Notes: generated by a model from the sequence alone, not told the origin. Positions 14,010-28,165 are shown, counted from the stretch's first letter. The stretch is 64,000 bases of DNA from Eledone cirrhosa (GCA_964016885.1 OZ024756.1:14880001-14944000), one strand, 5' to 3'. Translations and numbers: made by a program.

Positions 14010-14369
14010 TACAGTTGTCCCCCCCCCCCCCCGCACCGGTATTCGCGGGGTTACGTTCCTAGAGCAGCCACGAAGAGGGAAAAACACTGAATATTGGATG
14101 TGATCCATAAAAATGCCTATAAATGTGAAAATATAACGTAAAATATAATAAAGAAAAAAGAGGCGTCCAATAGGCCGGCAAATGTGGTACATTGTTATTA
14201 ATAATTTAGCCTGAAAAAATATACGTTGCCACGAAAAAAGCCGTAAAAAAATCGCGGAAGATATTTACGATTCCGCGAATATGCGGTGGTTTCCACGAAC
14301 AATTATTAGTTAGGTTCTAAGGAAAATTCCGCGAATAACTGGGATCACGAATGCCGGGGGTACACTGTG
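14010..14369. mobile_element. Tc1/mariner-type MITE
   Basis: TA-CAGT...ACTG termini; reverse-complement homolog of 12233-12586. Confidence 0.7.
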
Positions 14370-14571
14370 TATATATATAGTGGTTAAAAAAGGGGAGGTT
14401 ATATCCGAAGTTGGTTGAGCACTCAGTCTAATCAGCTCTGACAGGGCTCGAATCTTTCTCGACATCTCGTCAGATATGCGAGCTTATATGTACAAAGACA
14501 CATGATTGTACCCTGATCTGATCGATATCGAAACAATTGTCATATACATATGGAGTTTGTACATATTCTGC

Positions 14572-14800
14572 AAAACTTCTGGTGTCCTCGGCCCCAGGGC
14601 TACCTCCTTACTCACCACCATAGGCGCTGAGCTGGCCAGCCGCAGGTGTGAGCCCCACGAGTTGGAGTGGCTTTTCCAGCGCGTCTCCCTTGCCGTCCTC
14701 CTGGGAAACGCCTTCTCTATTCTGTCCGTCAGGGCTGTGGGTGGGCCCCATCGCGTACCAATACATTAGTTAAATACCATTCTTTCATCGTTATCTATAT
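14572..14800 (+). pseudogene. 3' end of an RLE-type (CRE-like) non-LTR retrotransposon
   Basis: TSGVLGP...WLFQRVSLAVLLGNAFSIL matches the C-terminal pattern of CRE-type restriction-like endonucleases. Confidence 0.65.
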
Positions 14801-14811
14801 ATCTATCTAAA

Positions 14812-14999
14812 GGGCGGTAGATTGGCAGTATCGGTAGAGGGTCGGACGCCATGCTTTCCAGCATAGTTACGTCCCTTTACGATCTGAGTTCAAATCCCGC
14901 CGAGGTTGACTTTGCCTTTCATCCTTACGGGGTCGATAAAATAAAGTACCAGTAATGCACTGGGTAATTGCTGGCCTTGTGCCTAAAGTAGAAACAGTT
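14812..14999 (+). mobile_element. SINE family A
   Basis: Near-identical to 743-923. Confidence 0.9.
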
Positions 15000-15224
15000 A
15001 TCTATATATCTATCTACCTATCTCATATCAACCTCACCATCTTTTTTTTATCCAGCAGTAATTTCCAGTATATTATTTCTGCAAAACTGACTGCGACTCT
15101 TTTAAATCTATTTACACTCTGCAGCCATAAGACTGGAATACAACCCAAACGAAACAGACCTCGTAACTGCATTGGGTGCTTTGAAAGGCCTGTAACTTAT
15201 ACACACCTAACTAATTCACACACA

Positions 15225-15287
<63 letters not shown>

Positions 15288-16139
15288 TGAGTGAGTGAGT
15301 GAGTGAGTGCGTGAGTGCGTGAGTGCGTGAGTGCGTGCGTGCGTGCGTGCGTGCGTGCCTGTCTGTGAAGACAGTATCAGCAATGGAAAGACCAATGGAA
15401 ACATTGTTTCCTTGGTCCGATTTGACGAGGTCCACCCCACTCGGCAAGCGAATGAGGTTTGGGATCTTGTTGATCGATCAGAGCGATATGTATATATATA
15501 TATATATATATACGCATATGTATATGTGAGTGTGTGAGTCTGTATGTGTGTGTGTGTGTATGTGTAACACACAGACACTAGTATGGTTTATAAGTAATGT
15601 AAATAAGGACAAAATGGATGATCTTAATAGTCGAACGTGTGTTTGTTATTACTTCGGAGATTAAAAGAAATTTCGTTATACTGAAAAATTCGTTATAAAG
15701 GAATTTTACCTGTATATATGTGTGTGTGTGTTTGCACACCTGTAAATTCATATTTTGAACGGACAAGTATTTAGCTACAAAAGCCATTAACTCCTCTACG
15801 ATCCAAACAAACATGGTGAAAGACACAACACGTCATCAGAAATCGAACTCACACGTCACGAACGTGATCCAAACAACTTAACCACTAAACAGCGTTACTT
15901 TACAGTAAATGAGAGGGTGACAAGAATCTTAACTAATCGATAATAAATGACATGATTGATTACAAGATAATATTAGATAATTGACATTGGTGTCTGTTGT
16001 AGAGGTTTGTCAGAGAGAGAGAGGAGGAGAGGGGGTTAGTTGGTCGGTTTGTTTAGCAGACGATATTCCAGATAATTCTACAGGAAACGGAGCATAAAAA
16101 AACAAGTGGTGGGAATAATGGCGGCGGCGGGGGGGGGGG

Positions 16140-16398
16140 GGGGTAATGGTGGTAGCAGTGTGGAGGTGGGGGTGATGGTACTGGGGAAAGTGGTGGTGCT
16201 GGAAGTGATATGGTGGTGATGGTGGTTAAATTGGTGGACGTGGTGGTGTTGGTGGTGGTGGTAGTGGTGGTGGTGGTAGTTGTGGAGGTGGTTGTAGTGG
16301 TGGTGCTGGTGGTGGTAGTGGTAGTGGTGGTGCTGGTAGTAGTTATAGTGGTGGTGGTAGTAGTAGTGGTGGTGGTGGTAGCAGTAGTAGTGGTGGTG

Positions 16399-16430
<32 letters not shown>

Positions 16431-16473
16431 GGTGGTAGTAGTAGTAGTGTTAGATTATGTGGTAATAGTGGTT

Positions 16474-16567
<94 letters not shown>

Positions 16568-16582
16568 AAGTGGTGGTAGTTA
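16140..16582 (+). repeat. (GTG)/(GTA)n trinucleotide repeat
   Basis: Direct reading. Confidence 0.95.
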
Positions 16583-16714
16583 CAGAGTAAACAGCTATCT
16601 TGTAACATCATGTATTTCTGTTATGTAAGAGTCACTTCCACGTCGTGCAAAACTCCACTTGTCTAAAGCAGGTGATAAGATGAACTACGTGTGTATATAT
16701 ATATATATATATAG

Positions 16715-16759
<45 letters not shown>

Positions 16760-16789
16760 TGTGTGTGTATATATAGATATGTATATATA

Positions 16790-16830
<41 letters not shown>

Positions 16831-16837
<7 letters not shown>

Positions 16838-16917
16838 AAAAAAAAGAGAATCAGTGTTGCGAAGAATGGAATTTATTTGACATATTACAGACGCTCTAAG
16901 TATCCAACATCAATTAT
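16831..16917. mobile_element. Internally deleted copy of the 42362-42765 foldback element
   Basis: Left end matches 42362-42421 and right end matches 42736-42765, joined at TACA. Confidence 0.8.
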
Positions 16918-16950
16918 ATATATACATACATTTACACACACACACACACA

Positions 16951-16990
<40 letters not shown>

Positions 16991-16993
16991 GCA

Positions 16994-17050
<57 letters not shown>

Positions 17051-17409
17051 ACATACATACATACACACCTGACATGTGTATGTCGATATTTCTACATTAT
17101 TTTCTGTCTGCCATCCTTCCTTTGTACCACCAGCCGTTCCTTCGTTTGACGTTATTGTCAGAATCTGGGGCCTTATTGACAATGACGTATATTGGCAGGC
17201 ATAATGGTGTAGAGGTCCTCCGGTATTTCGCTAAGTAGATGGTTCCTATGTTACAAAGATGGCTGGAGAGAGAGAGAGAGAGAGACAGACGGAGAGAGAG
17301 AGAGAGAGAGAATGGGAGAAGGAGATACTATGGTGTAGATGATGGCTGAATAAAAATCATAGATAGATCGATAGATCGTCATGCATGTTGGTATATATAT
17401 ATATATATA

Positions 17410-17807
17410 TATAAACGTTTGTATTTGTAAAGCCAAAACAATGCAGGTATGGACATAGAATAAAAATGCAAATGCAAAAGATATTGTTGACAATTAGTCT
17501 TTTACCTTAAATTTATTTATATGGCCTTAATTTTCGAGATAATATCTCTTCTTCGGAGGGAAGTAAAGCGGTTAAACCAGTGTTCTAAATAGCTATTTAG
17601 AACACTGGTTTAACCGCTTTACTTCCCTCCGAAGAAGAGATATTATCTCGAAAATTAAGGCCATATAAATAAATTTAAGGTAAAAGACTAATTGTCAACA
17701 ATATCTTTTGCATTTGCATTTTTATTCTATGTCCATACCTGCATTGTTTTGGCTTTACAAACACAAACGTTTATACCTCATGACACAATGCTTTAAGTGA
17801 ACTATAA

Positions 17808-17810
<3 letters not shown>
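17410..17810. mobile_element. Spacerless palindrome (183-bp arms, centre 17592/17593) plus 35-bp tail, in (TA)n
   Basis: Arms differ at one visible position; each arm has an HHR-like motif. Confidence 0.9.
17626..17660 (+). ncRNA. Variant minimal hammerhead motif (CCGAAGA core); mirror copy at 17525-17559 minus
   Basis: cct-CCGAAGA-a-GAGAT-att-ATCTC-GAAA-AT-TA-agg. Confidence 0.6.
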
Positions 17811-17882
<72 letters not shown>

Positions 17883-18150
17883 TAGCGAGAATCGCATTTC
17901 GACTATTGGAAATTAAGGAAAAACAACTTCCGAAATGTGTGGCAAGCGCTCAATAGAAACGAGTGAACTAGAGCAATACACATACGATAAAAGGCCAAAC
18001 ACACTGAGACGATGGTTAAACCATTATCCGCAAAGCCATAGAAGAGAGCAAGCTATTCGGGTCAAACAAATAATAAAATATGATTGAAAAATTTACCCGG
18101 ACCCTTGGAAACGGTGGTAAAATCCAATATGGGGTTTCTGCAACTCCTAA

Positions 18151-18265
<115 letters not shown>

Positions 18266-18292
18266 GTATGTATGTATATATATATATACATG

Positions 18293-18334
<42 letters not shown>

Positions 18335-18337
18335 AAT

Positions 18338-18370
<33 letters not shown>

Positions 18371-18399
18371 AATATATATATATATATATACATGTATGA

Positions 18400-18430
<31 letters not shown>

Positions 18431-18461
18431 AACATATATATATATATATACATGTATGAAT

Positions 18462-18606
<145 letters not shown>

Positions 18607-18634
18607 AATATATATATATATATATATACATGTA

Positions 18635-18675
<41 letters not shown>

Positions 18676-18871
18676 CGTTTCTGAATTTGTTTAGCAAGAT
18701 TCTTTATCTGAAATCGTGTGTTGAAACCGATATTGTTATACTTTGGGAGGGTCATGTTGCCAATAAGAAACACACGCACCAGTTGCTTTCACTTCAATTT
18801 ATTATATATTTATAAATTTATAAATTTCTGGTTGGTTGGTTGGTTCCACAACCAGATAGTTGTCTATATAT

Positions 18872-18916
18872 AGTCATAGTTCTTTCGTCACACACTCTGT
18901 GACCTCTTCAGTGACT
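18872..18916 (-). ncRNA. Type I hammerhead ribozyme motif in the PLE pLTR
   Basis: agtca-CTGAAGA-g-GTCACA-gagtg-TGTGAC-GAAA-GAAC-TA-tgact. Confidence 0.85.
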
Positions 18917-19116
18917 GGGGATTCCTTTCTTTGTTTCTGTGCCTCTCCTTTGTTCTGTCCTACGCCATTTTGTTTCTGTGTGTGTGTTGTGTGCTCAGTC
19001 TGCGCATGTGCCACATCCGGGTGTCTGTGTGTGTTTATATTCGTTTATTTATTTGTTTATTTACATGTTACCGGTTGGTTGTTTGTTCTATGTGCGTGTG
19101 TGTTTTCATTTTGTCC

Positions 19117-20277
19117 TTAATTGTAAGTTGTGATGTTGCTGTTCCACTCATATTTTCTATTTAATTTTGGTTGTAATTCTTTTATGTTTATTGCCTCTGT
19201 AATTTGTCTAAACATTGCGTCTTTTCTGTGTGTAGATTCTATTTTTATTTCTATGTTCTCTAATTTACCCTTGTGTTCTATTTTAGCATGTTGATAGAGT
19301 ACAGATGATTCTTTATTATCTTGAAGGTCTCGCCAGTGTTCATTTATCCGTTCCCCTACACTACGAGCTGTCTCACCTATGTACACTATATTTTTATCTA
19401 TACATTGTCCTTCAGTACATCTTATGCTATACACTACATTTCTAGTTTTACAGTTAATATGGGGGCTTATTTTACAGGTTATACATTTCTTATCTATACA
19501 TGAGGGTCTTTGAAAAGGGTATGTCTTGCTCATAAGTATTTTTACGGAGGTACCTGGTCTTTCTACTATCTTAATATTGAGTTTATGTTTATTTAGGGCC
19601 CTTCTAAATTTGTAAGCTAATTCACCTCTAGGGGTTGTATCGATGAACATTACACTCTGGTATTTATTGCTATCATACCATGAGTTTATTCTATTAGCCT
19701 TGTTTTTAGTTCTTTCTATTCTATTCCAAAATTTGCTCCTATACAAGGGGCAGGTCCCATTTATGTCATTATTTACCATTTTTTCCCATTTGGTTCTGGC
19801 TCCTCTATACACTCTGATTTTATCTCTCTGATTGTAGCCAGAGAACTGCATACGGTGGATGAAGTGTTGTATGTGTCTCTCTAGTTCTTCGGGGTTGCAC
19901 ACGCGGGACACATTTCTCATCACCCGTACCAAATCCGCAATCAGTATGTTGATTTTGGTATGGTCCGAAATGGCCGAGTTTCGGTGGATCAGATGTTTGG
20001 AAGTCATGGGTTTGGCATAATGGGAATGGAGGATTTGTTTTTTGGTGTTAATGGTATCTAACCAGAACTCTGTGTCTAGTACAGGTAATCGATGGTTGGG
20101 GTGTTTACTTGGGTAGTCTATAGTAACTCTAATGCTCTGGTGGATGGAGTTTGCTATTTGCTGGATGCTTTCCATTGTGTTTTTCTCTAGTTCCTGACTG
20201 TTCTCTAGTGGGGGTGTCTTAACTACGATGTTTATATCATCTACGTAGCGGGAGTACATTATCAGGGTTAACCCTTC
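19117..20277 (-). CDS. Penelope-like RT (from the YVDD motif) + thumb + Cys linker + GIY-YIG endonuclease; 5'-truncated, frame intact
   Basis: YSRYVDD, LPVLD, CIDKKCITC, NVVYSIRC...VYIGETARSVGERINEH, RQITEAINI, PKLN. Confidence 0.92.
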   Translation of the reverse strand, partial: EGLTLIMYSRYVDDINIVVKTPPLENSQELEKNTMESIQQIANSIHQSIRVTIDYPSKHPNHRLPVLDTEFWLDTINTKKQILHSHYAKPMTSKHLIHRNSAISDHTKINILIADLVRVMRNVSRVCNPEELERHIQHFIHRMQFSGYNQRDKIRVYRGARTKWEKMVNNDINGTCPLYRSKFWNRIERTKNKANRINSWYDSNKYQSVMFIDTTPRGELAYKFRRALNKHKLNIKIVERPGTSVKILMSKTYPFQRPSCIDKKCITCKISPHINCKTRNVVYSIRCTEGQCIDKNIVYIGETARSVGERINEHWRDLQDNKESSVLYQHAKIEHKGKLENIEIKIESTHRKDAMFRQITEAINIKELQPKLNRKYEWNSNITTYN

Positions 20278-20282
20278 TATAT

Positions 20283-20354
<72 letters not shown>

Positions 20355-20386
20355 GTATAGATATGTATATACATCTATCTATCTAT

Positions 20387-20770
20387 CTAAGGCGGGTAAA
20401 ATTCCCGAGATCCATGGACAAGTTCTCTCCAGCGGTCTCTGTCCCTCATTATCGCTGCCATATCCTGCATCTCCAACAGACCAGTGTCTGTCCTTAGGGC
20501 ATCAACATATGTTAACCTTGGTCTTCCTCTTCTAGTGTGTCCATGTAGGGGCTCCCAAAGGAGCACTGAGTGCAATGTTAACTCTGGATGTCGGTGAGCA
20601 TGTCCAGCCAACCTCAGTCTCCTCTGTGTCACTTTTGAGCTGACTTTTGGGATGCTCTGTATGGGTCTGAGACTTGGACACTGACCAAGAGACTCACTCA
20701 GGTGGTGGATGGGTGCTACACGAGAATGCTGAGGATGGCTCTGAACATTAATCAGTATACACTGAGGATG
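20387..20770 (-). pseudogene. 3' end of an RTE/RTE-X-like LINE
   Basis: [15 protein letters not shown]...LLWEP..G...[12 protein letters not shown]...DRDRWR, ending at (TAGA)n. Confidence 0.8.
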
Positions 20771-21871
20771 TATATACATATATATATATATATATATATA
20801 CATATATGTATATATGTATAGATATGTATATATATATACATATATATATACATATACGTATATATATGTATATACATATATATATATATACATATATATA
20901 TACATATACGTATATATATGTATATACATATATATATATACATATACGTATATATATGTATATACATATATACATATACGTATATATGTATATACATATA
21001 TATACATATACGTATATATGTATATACATATATATACATATACGTATATATGTATATACATATACGTATCTATATGTATATACATACATGTATATATATG
21101 TATATACATACATGTATATATGTATATACATATATATATATGTGTATATACATATATATATATATGTATATACATATATATATATATGTATATACATATA
21201 TATATATATATGTATATACATATATATATATATGTATATACATATATATATACATATGTATATACATATATATATACATATGTATATACATATATATATA
21301 CATATGTATATACATATATATATACATATATATGTATATATATGTATATACATATATGTATATATATGTATATACATATATGTATATACATGTATATACA
21401 TATGTATATTTATATGTATATACATATATATATATATATGTATATACATGTATGTATATACATATAGATACGTATATGTATATACATGTATATACATATA
21501 TGTATATTTATATGTATATACATATATGTATATATATGTATATATATATATGTATATATATATACATATATGTATATATATGTATATACATATATGTATA
21601 TATATGTATATTTATATGTATATATATATATGTATATTTATATGTATATACATATATGTATATATATGTATATACATATATGTATATTTATATACATATA
21701 TGTATATTTATATACATATATGTATATTTATATGTATATACATATATGTATATTTATATGTATATACATATATGTATATATATATGTATATATATATGTA
21801 TATATATGTATATACATATATATATATATGTATATACATATATATATATATATGTATATACATATATATAT

Positions 21872-22736
21872 ATTTCGTTTCTGAATTTGTTTAGCAAGAT
21901 TCTTTATCTGAAATCGTGTGTTGAAACCGATATTGTTATACTTTGGGAGGGTCATGTTGCCAATAAGAAACACACGCACCAGTTGCTTTCACTTCAATTT
22001 ATTATATATTTATAAATTTATAAATTTACAAATTTACAAACTTATAAATTTCTGGTTGGTTGGTTGGTTCCACAACCAGATAGTTGTTTATATATATAGT
22101 CATAGTCCTTTCGTCACACACTCTGTGACCTCTTCAGTGACTGGGGATTCCTTTCTTCGTTTCTGTGCCTTTCCTTTCTTCTATCCTACGCCATTTTGTT
22201 TCTGTGTGTGTGTTGTGTGCTCAGTTTGCGCATGCGCCACATCCGGGTGTCTGTGTGTGTTTGTGTTCATTTTTCTATTTTTCTATTTATATTTTTCTAT
22301 TTGTTTATTTATTTATTTATTTATTGTTGGTTGGTTGTTTGTCTATGTGTGTGTGTGTTTTCATTTTGTCCTGTGTGTGTTTTCATCTTGTGTGTGTTTT
22401 CAATTGTAAGTTGTTTGTTCTATGTGTGTGTGTGTTTTCATTTTGTCCTTAATTGTAAGTTGTGATGTTGCTGTTCCACTCATATTTTCTATTTAATTTT
22501 GGTTTTAATTCTTTTATGCTTACTGCCTCTGTAATTTGTCTAAACATTGCGTCTTGTCTGTGTGTGGATTCTATTTTTATTTCTATGCTCTCTAATCTAC
22601 CCCTGTGTTCTATCTTAGCATGTTTGTAGAGTACAGATGATTCTTTATTATCTTGGAGGTCTCGCCAGTGTTCATTTATTCGTTCCCCTATACTACGAGA
22701 ATGAATATATACTAGGGGAACGAATAAATGAACACA
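21872..22736 (-). mobile_element. Second, shorter copy of the same PLE (EN C-terminus + pLTR) with a short 5' inversion
   Basis: High identity to 18672-19370; 22668-22691 is inverted at about 22714-22736. Confidence 0.9.
22098..22142 (-). ncRNA. Type I hammerhead ribozyme motif in the PLE pLTR
   Basis: agtca-CTGAAGA-g-GTCACA/TGTGAC-GAAA-GGAC-TA-tgact. Confidence 0.85.
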
Positions 22737-23194
22737 TCTATATATACATATATATATGTATATACATATATATATATATATGTATATACATATATGTATA
22801 CATATATATATACATATATATATACATATATATATATATATACATATATGTATACATATATATATACATATATGTATACATATATATATATATATACATA
22901 TATATATACATATAGATATATATATATGTATACATATATAATATATATATACATATATATATACATATAGATATATATATACATATATATATACATATAT
23001 ATATACATATATGTATACATATATATATATATATATATACATATATATATACATATATATATACATATACATATATATATACATATATATATACATATAT
23101 ATATACATATATGTATACATATATATATACATATATATATATATATACATATATATATACATATATATATATATACATATATATATACATATAC

Positions 23195-23239
<45 letters not shown>

Positions 23240-23298
23240 CATATATATACATATATATACATATATATATATACATATATATATACATATATATATAC

Positions 23299-23370
<72 letters not shown>

Positions 23371-23804
23371 GTATATACATATATATATACATATACATAT
23401 ATATATATATATACATATATACATATACATGTATATACATATATATATACATATATACATATATATACATACATATATACATATATACATATATATACAT
23501 ACATATATAAAATATTAAACAAATAATGAATAAAACAATGAAACAGTTCCTTATATTAAACAAAAAAAGTTCATTATTTAACGATCGTTTCTAGGATATA
23601 TATGTGTTAGAATTGGCATGCATATTCAACAGATCTATGTACAAAATTATACAAAATTATACAAACTATCAAGATTAAATATACATACCAACACATATAT
23701 ACGCCGTTTCATTACATCTCTTCTTTCCATGATATCCGGAATACATTGAGTTCTTCATACGGATTGGACACTACCGTAAACTCTTGGTAGATTTATCTAC
23801 ATAC

Positions 23805-23841
<37 letters not shown>

Positions 23842-23870
23842 CATATATATACACATATATATACACATAT

Positions 23871-23926
<56 letters not shown>

Positions 23927-23940
23927 TAATACATACATAT

Positions 23941-24228
23941 ATGGTGGCTGCCAACTCGTTTTCGAGTACGGCCACTACTTTATATCCATGTAAGAGAACC
24001 CCTACCGATGCACTGAACGAGTGTGTCTTTTTAGTCCAGCCAGCGACTTGAAAACTCTGGTACAAACACTACACTTGTGACAATTATTGACACATAGTGC
24101 TGGGCCCATGGTACCATGTGACGACAAGTGCAGAGAGATCTCCAGATATAAAGCAATGCCTGTACCGTGAAGCTTTTATAGTGAACAAAGGTACTGCACA
24201 AAGCCAGTCCCACTCTCTTAACCAAGAT
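23941..24228 (-). mobile_element. Non-autonomous RTE-derived element, 3' part
   Basis: Near-identical to 51187-51477; residual C2H2 finger [18 protein letters not shown]. Confidence 0.7.
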
Positions 24229-26326
24229 ATGTATATATGTATATATACATATATATATACATATATACATATAAATATATATATATACATACATGTATAT
24301 ACACATATATATACACATATATATACAAATATATATATATACATACATGTATATACACATATATATACACATATATATACAAATATATATATATACATAT
24401 ATATACACATATATATACATACATATATATATATATACATATATACACATATATATAGACAAATATATATATACATATATACACATATATATATACACAT
24501 ATATATAGACAAATATATATATACATATATACACATATATATATACATATATATATACACATATATATATACATATATACACATATATATATACATATAT
24601 ATATATACACATATATATATACATATATACATATATATATATACACATATATAATATATATACACATATATATATATATACACATATATAATATATACAC
24701 ATATATATATATATACACATATATATACATATATATATATATACATATATATACACATACATATATATATACATATATATACACATACATATATATATAC
24801 ATATATATACACATACATATATATACACATATATACCTATATATATATATACATATATATACACATATATATACATATAAATATATACAGATATATACAC
24901 ATATATATATACATATATACACATATATACACACATATATAACATATATACACATATATACACACATATATATACATATATACACACATATATATACATA
25001 TATACACATATATACACACATATATACACACATATATATATAACATATATATACACATATACACATATATACACATATATATATAAACATATACACATAT
25101 ATATACATATATACACATATATATTCATATATACACATACATATACACATATATATATACATATATATACACATATATATACACATATATATACATATAC
25201 ACAATATATATATATATACATATACACATATATATACATATACACAATATATATATATATACATATACACATATATATATACATATACACATATCTATAT
25301 ACATATACATAAACATATACATATACATTTATATACATATATATATACATATACATTTATATACATATATATACATATACATACATACATATATATACAT
25401 ATACATATACATATATATACATATACATATACATATATATATATACATATATAATACATATACATATATATATATACATATATATACATATACATATATA
25501 TATATACATATATATACATATACATATATATACATATACATACATATATATACATATACATATATATACATATACATATATATACATATACATATATATA
25601 CATATACATATATATACATATATAACATATACATATATATACATATACATACATATACATATATATACATATACATACATATATATACATATACATATAT
25701 ATACATATACATATATATACATATATATACATATACATATATATACATATACATATATATACATATACATACATATATATACATATACATATATATACAT
25801 ATACATACATATACATATATATACATATACATATACATACATATACATATATATACATATACATATACATACATATACATATATATACATATACATATAT
25901 ATACATATACATATATATACATATACATATATATACATATACATATATATACATATACATATATATCCATATATATACATATACATATATATCCATATAT
26001 ATACATATACATATATATCCATATATATACATATACATATATATCCATATATATACATATACATATATATCCATATATATACATATATATACATATACAT
26101 ATATATACATATATATACATATACATATATATACATATATATACATATATATACATATACATACATATATATACATATACATATACATATATATACATAT
26201 ACATATATATACATATACATACATATACATATATATACATATACATATATATATACATATATATACTTATACATATACATATATATATATATACTTATAA
26301 ATATATATATATATATATACTTATAC

Positions 26327-26357
<31 letters not shown>

Positions 26358-27194
26358 CACATATATATATACTTATACATATACATATATACACATATAT
26401 ATATACTTATACATATACATATATATATATACTTATACATATACATATATACATACTTATACATATACATATATACACATATATATATACTTATACATAT
26501 ACATATATACACATATATATATACTTATACATATACATATATGCACATATATATATACTTATACATATACATATATATATACATATATATACTTATATAT
26601 ATACATATATATACTTATACATATATATACATATATATTCATATACATATATATACATATATATATATACACATACAAATATACATACATATACAAATAT
26701 ACATACATATATACATACACACACACACATATATATATACACACACACAAATATACATACATATATACATACGCACACATATATATATATATACACACAC
26801 AGATATATATACATACACATATACATATATACACACACATACACACATATATATACATATATATTTATATACATATAAATATGTACACATACACACACAC
26901 ACACACATATATATATACACACACACCCACACACATGGAGCAGAATCCAGAATCTATTTTGCTTCAGCATTCCATTCAATCAAACTATAACCTAGTTTAA
27001 TAAAGAATTAATTAAAAGCGATTTCATAGAAAGCAAGAAAAAAAATCAATACAACTAAGTCCGTTGAAAATAAGCGTCAGAATTAGACGACAGCTTATAT
27101 GGTCAGCCCCTTCTACAGCACGAATTCGACATCTAAACTAGTTGGTAACTCACTGTCCTTGAGATGAAAGCGTTTTCTCGTAACCATCCAAGTC

Positions 27195-27450
27195 AATATT
27201 GATGGCGAGGAATGGGAACACCTGGCAGAGGAGAGAGAAAGATAAATGGAGAGTGACCCTCAAAACAGCTGCAGCCAGCTTTGAAGAGGGCAGGAAGACA
27301 AACATTCAAGAAGAAAGCTGTCCGCGACCTAACCACCAATTGACCAAATGTACACTTGCCCCAACTGCACCAAAGTTTGCAGGTCGAGGATTGGCCTCTA
27401 CAGCCACCCCAGGATGAACCCCCACACGGAACAGGGCAACAATTCTTCCC
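27195..27450 (+). pseudogene. RTE (BovB-like) LINE 3' fragment with a zinc finger
   Basis: DKWRVTLKTAAASFEE and CPNCTKVCRSRIGLYSH. Confidence 0.65.
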
Positions 27451-27482
27451 TCTTATCTTCTCAAGCGAAGAATTCAGCATTC

Positions 27483-27548
27483 ATATTTCATAAACATTTT
27501 AATAAGAACAATGTTAAGATTAGCTACAGTTGCTTAAATAATATCGCA
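27483..27548 (+). pseudogene. Small Penelope-like ORF fragment
   Basis: FHKHFNKNNVKISYSCLNNI resembles the PLE linker motif FN.N.VK.SYSC..N. Confidence 0.5.
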
Positions 27549-28029
27549 TTTCAAATACTCGAGTGCAGCAGTTGGTTTATTTTTTTAGCTCTGCATTCAC
27601 TTCGACCACCACATTCTTGCCTTACCCCTTCTTCTTCCACCTCCTCCTCCTATTCCTTCTTCGCCCACTTATTCATGAATGGCTTGTAGGGGAAGAGTCC
27701 TGAAGCACTGCTTCAAGCGGTTCCTGTTAGAAACAACCGTCACAAATTGATCCGACTGAATCCTCAATCGAGGCCAACCGCCAGAATGCAACAGCACGAC
27801 CTACTCAACTACAAATAACTCGCAAGGATGAAGATAACTGTATAGGACTCAAATTCAGAAACATGCAGCACACTAGCGGCAGATGCCTAATAATGAAACC
27901 CACCTCACTATCTATATACATCTGGTAACTGGATGAAATTAACAGCATTCTGGTTATAACAGAACAATTAATAATTGAACCACCATCCGGTTATTAAACT
28001 AACCGATGAATAGGTTACTTCTTCAACTA

Positions 28030-28162
28030 ACAATAAATTGAAGCGAAACCCAACTGGTGCGTGTGTTTCCATTGGTAGCATGACCCTCCACAAGTATAGC
28101 AATATCTATTTCAACACACGATTTCACATTTAGAATCTTGCAAAACAAATACAAAAATGAAG
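28030..28162 (+). mobile_element. Diverged pLTR tail of the same PLE family
   Basis: caactggtgcgtgtgtttc...atgaccctc...caacacacgatttca...agaatcttgc matches the reverse complement of 18672-18800. Confidence 0.75.
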
Positions 28163-28165
28163 TGT

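Larger units (their letters stand above)
18672..20280 (-). mobile_element. 5'-truncated Penelope-like retroelement (C-terminal EN, possibly Nematis-like) with 3' pLTR, inserted in (TA)n
   Basis: RT plus GIY-YIG ORF followed by an HHR-containing terminal region. Confidence 0.9.
20771..26935. repeat. Multi-kb degenerate (TA)/(CA)/(TACATA)n microsatellite fields with embedded elements
   Basis: Direct reading. Confidence 0.95.

Noticed and set aside
18690-18760. Possible SECIS element (Naiad-type selenoprotein PLE)
   Set aside because: No helix II pairing, no in-frame TGA in the ORF, and the endonuclease is C-terminal, unlike Naiads
23575-23638. Minus-strand CTGTTGA...GAAA-CGATCG-TT
   Set aside because: Core mismatch at A6 and no convincing stem I
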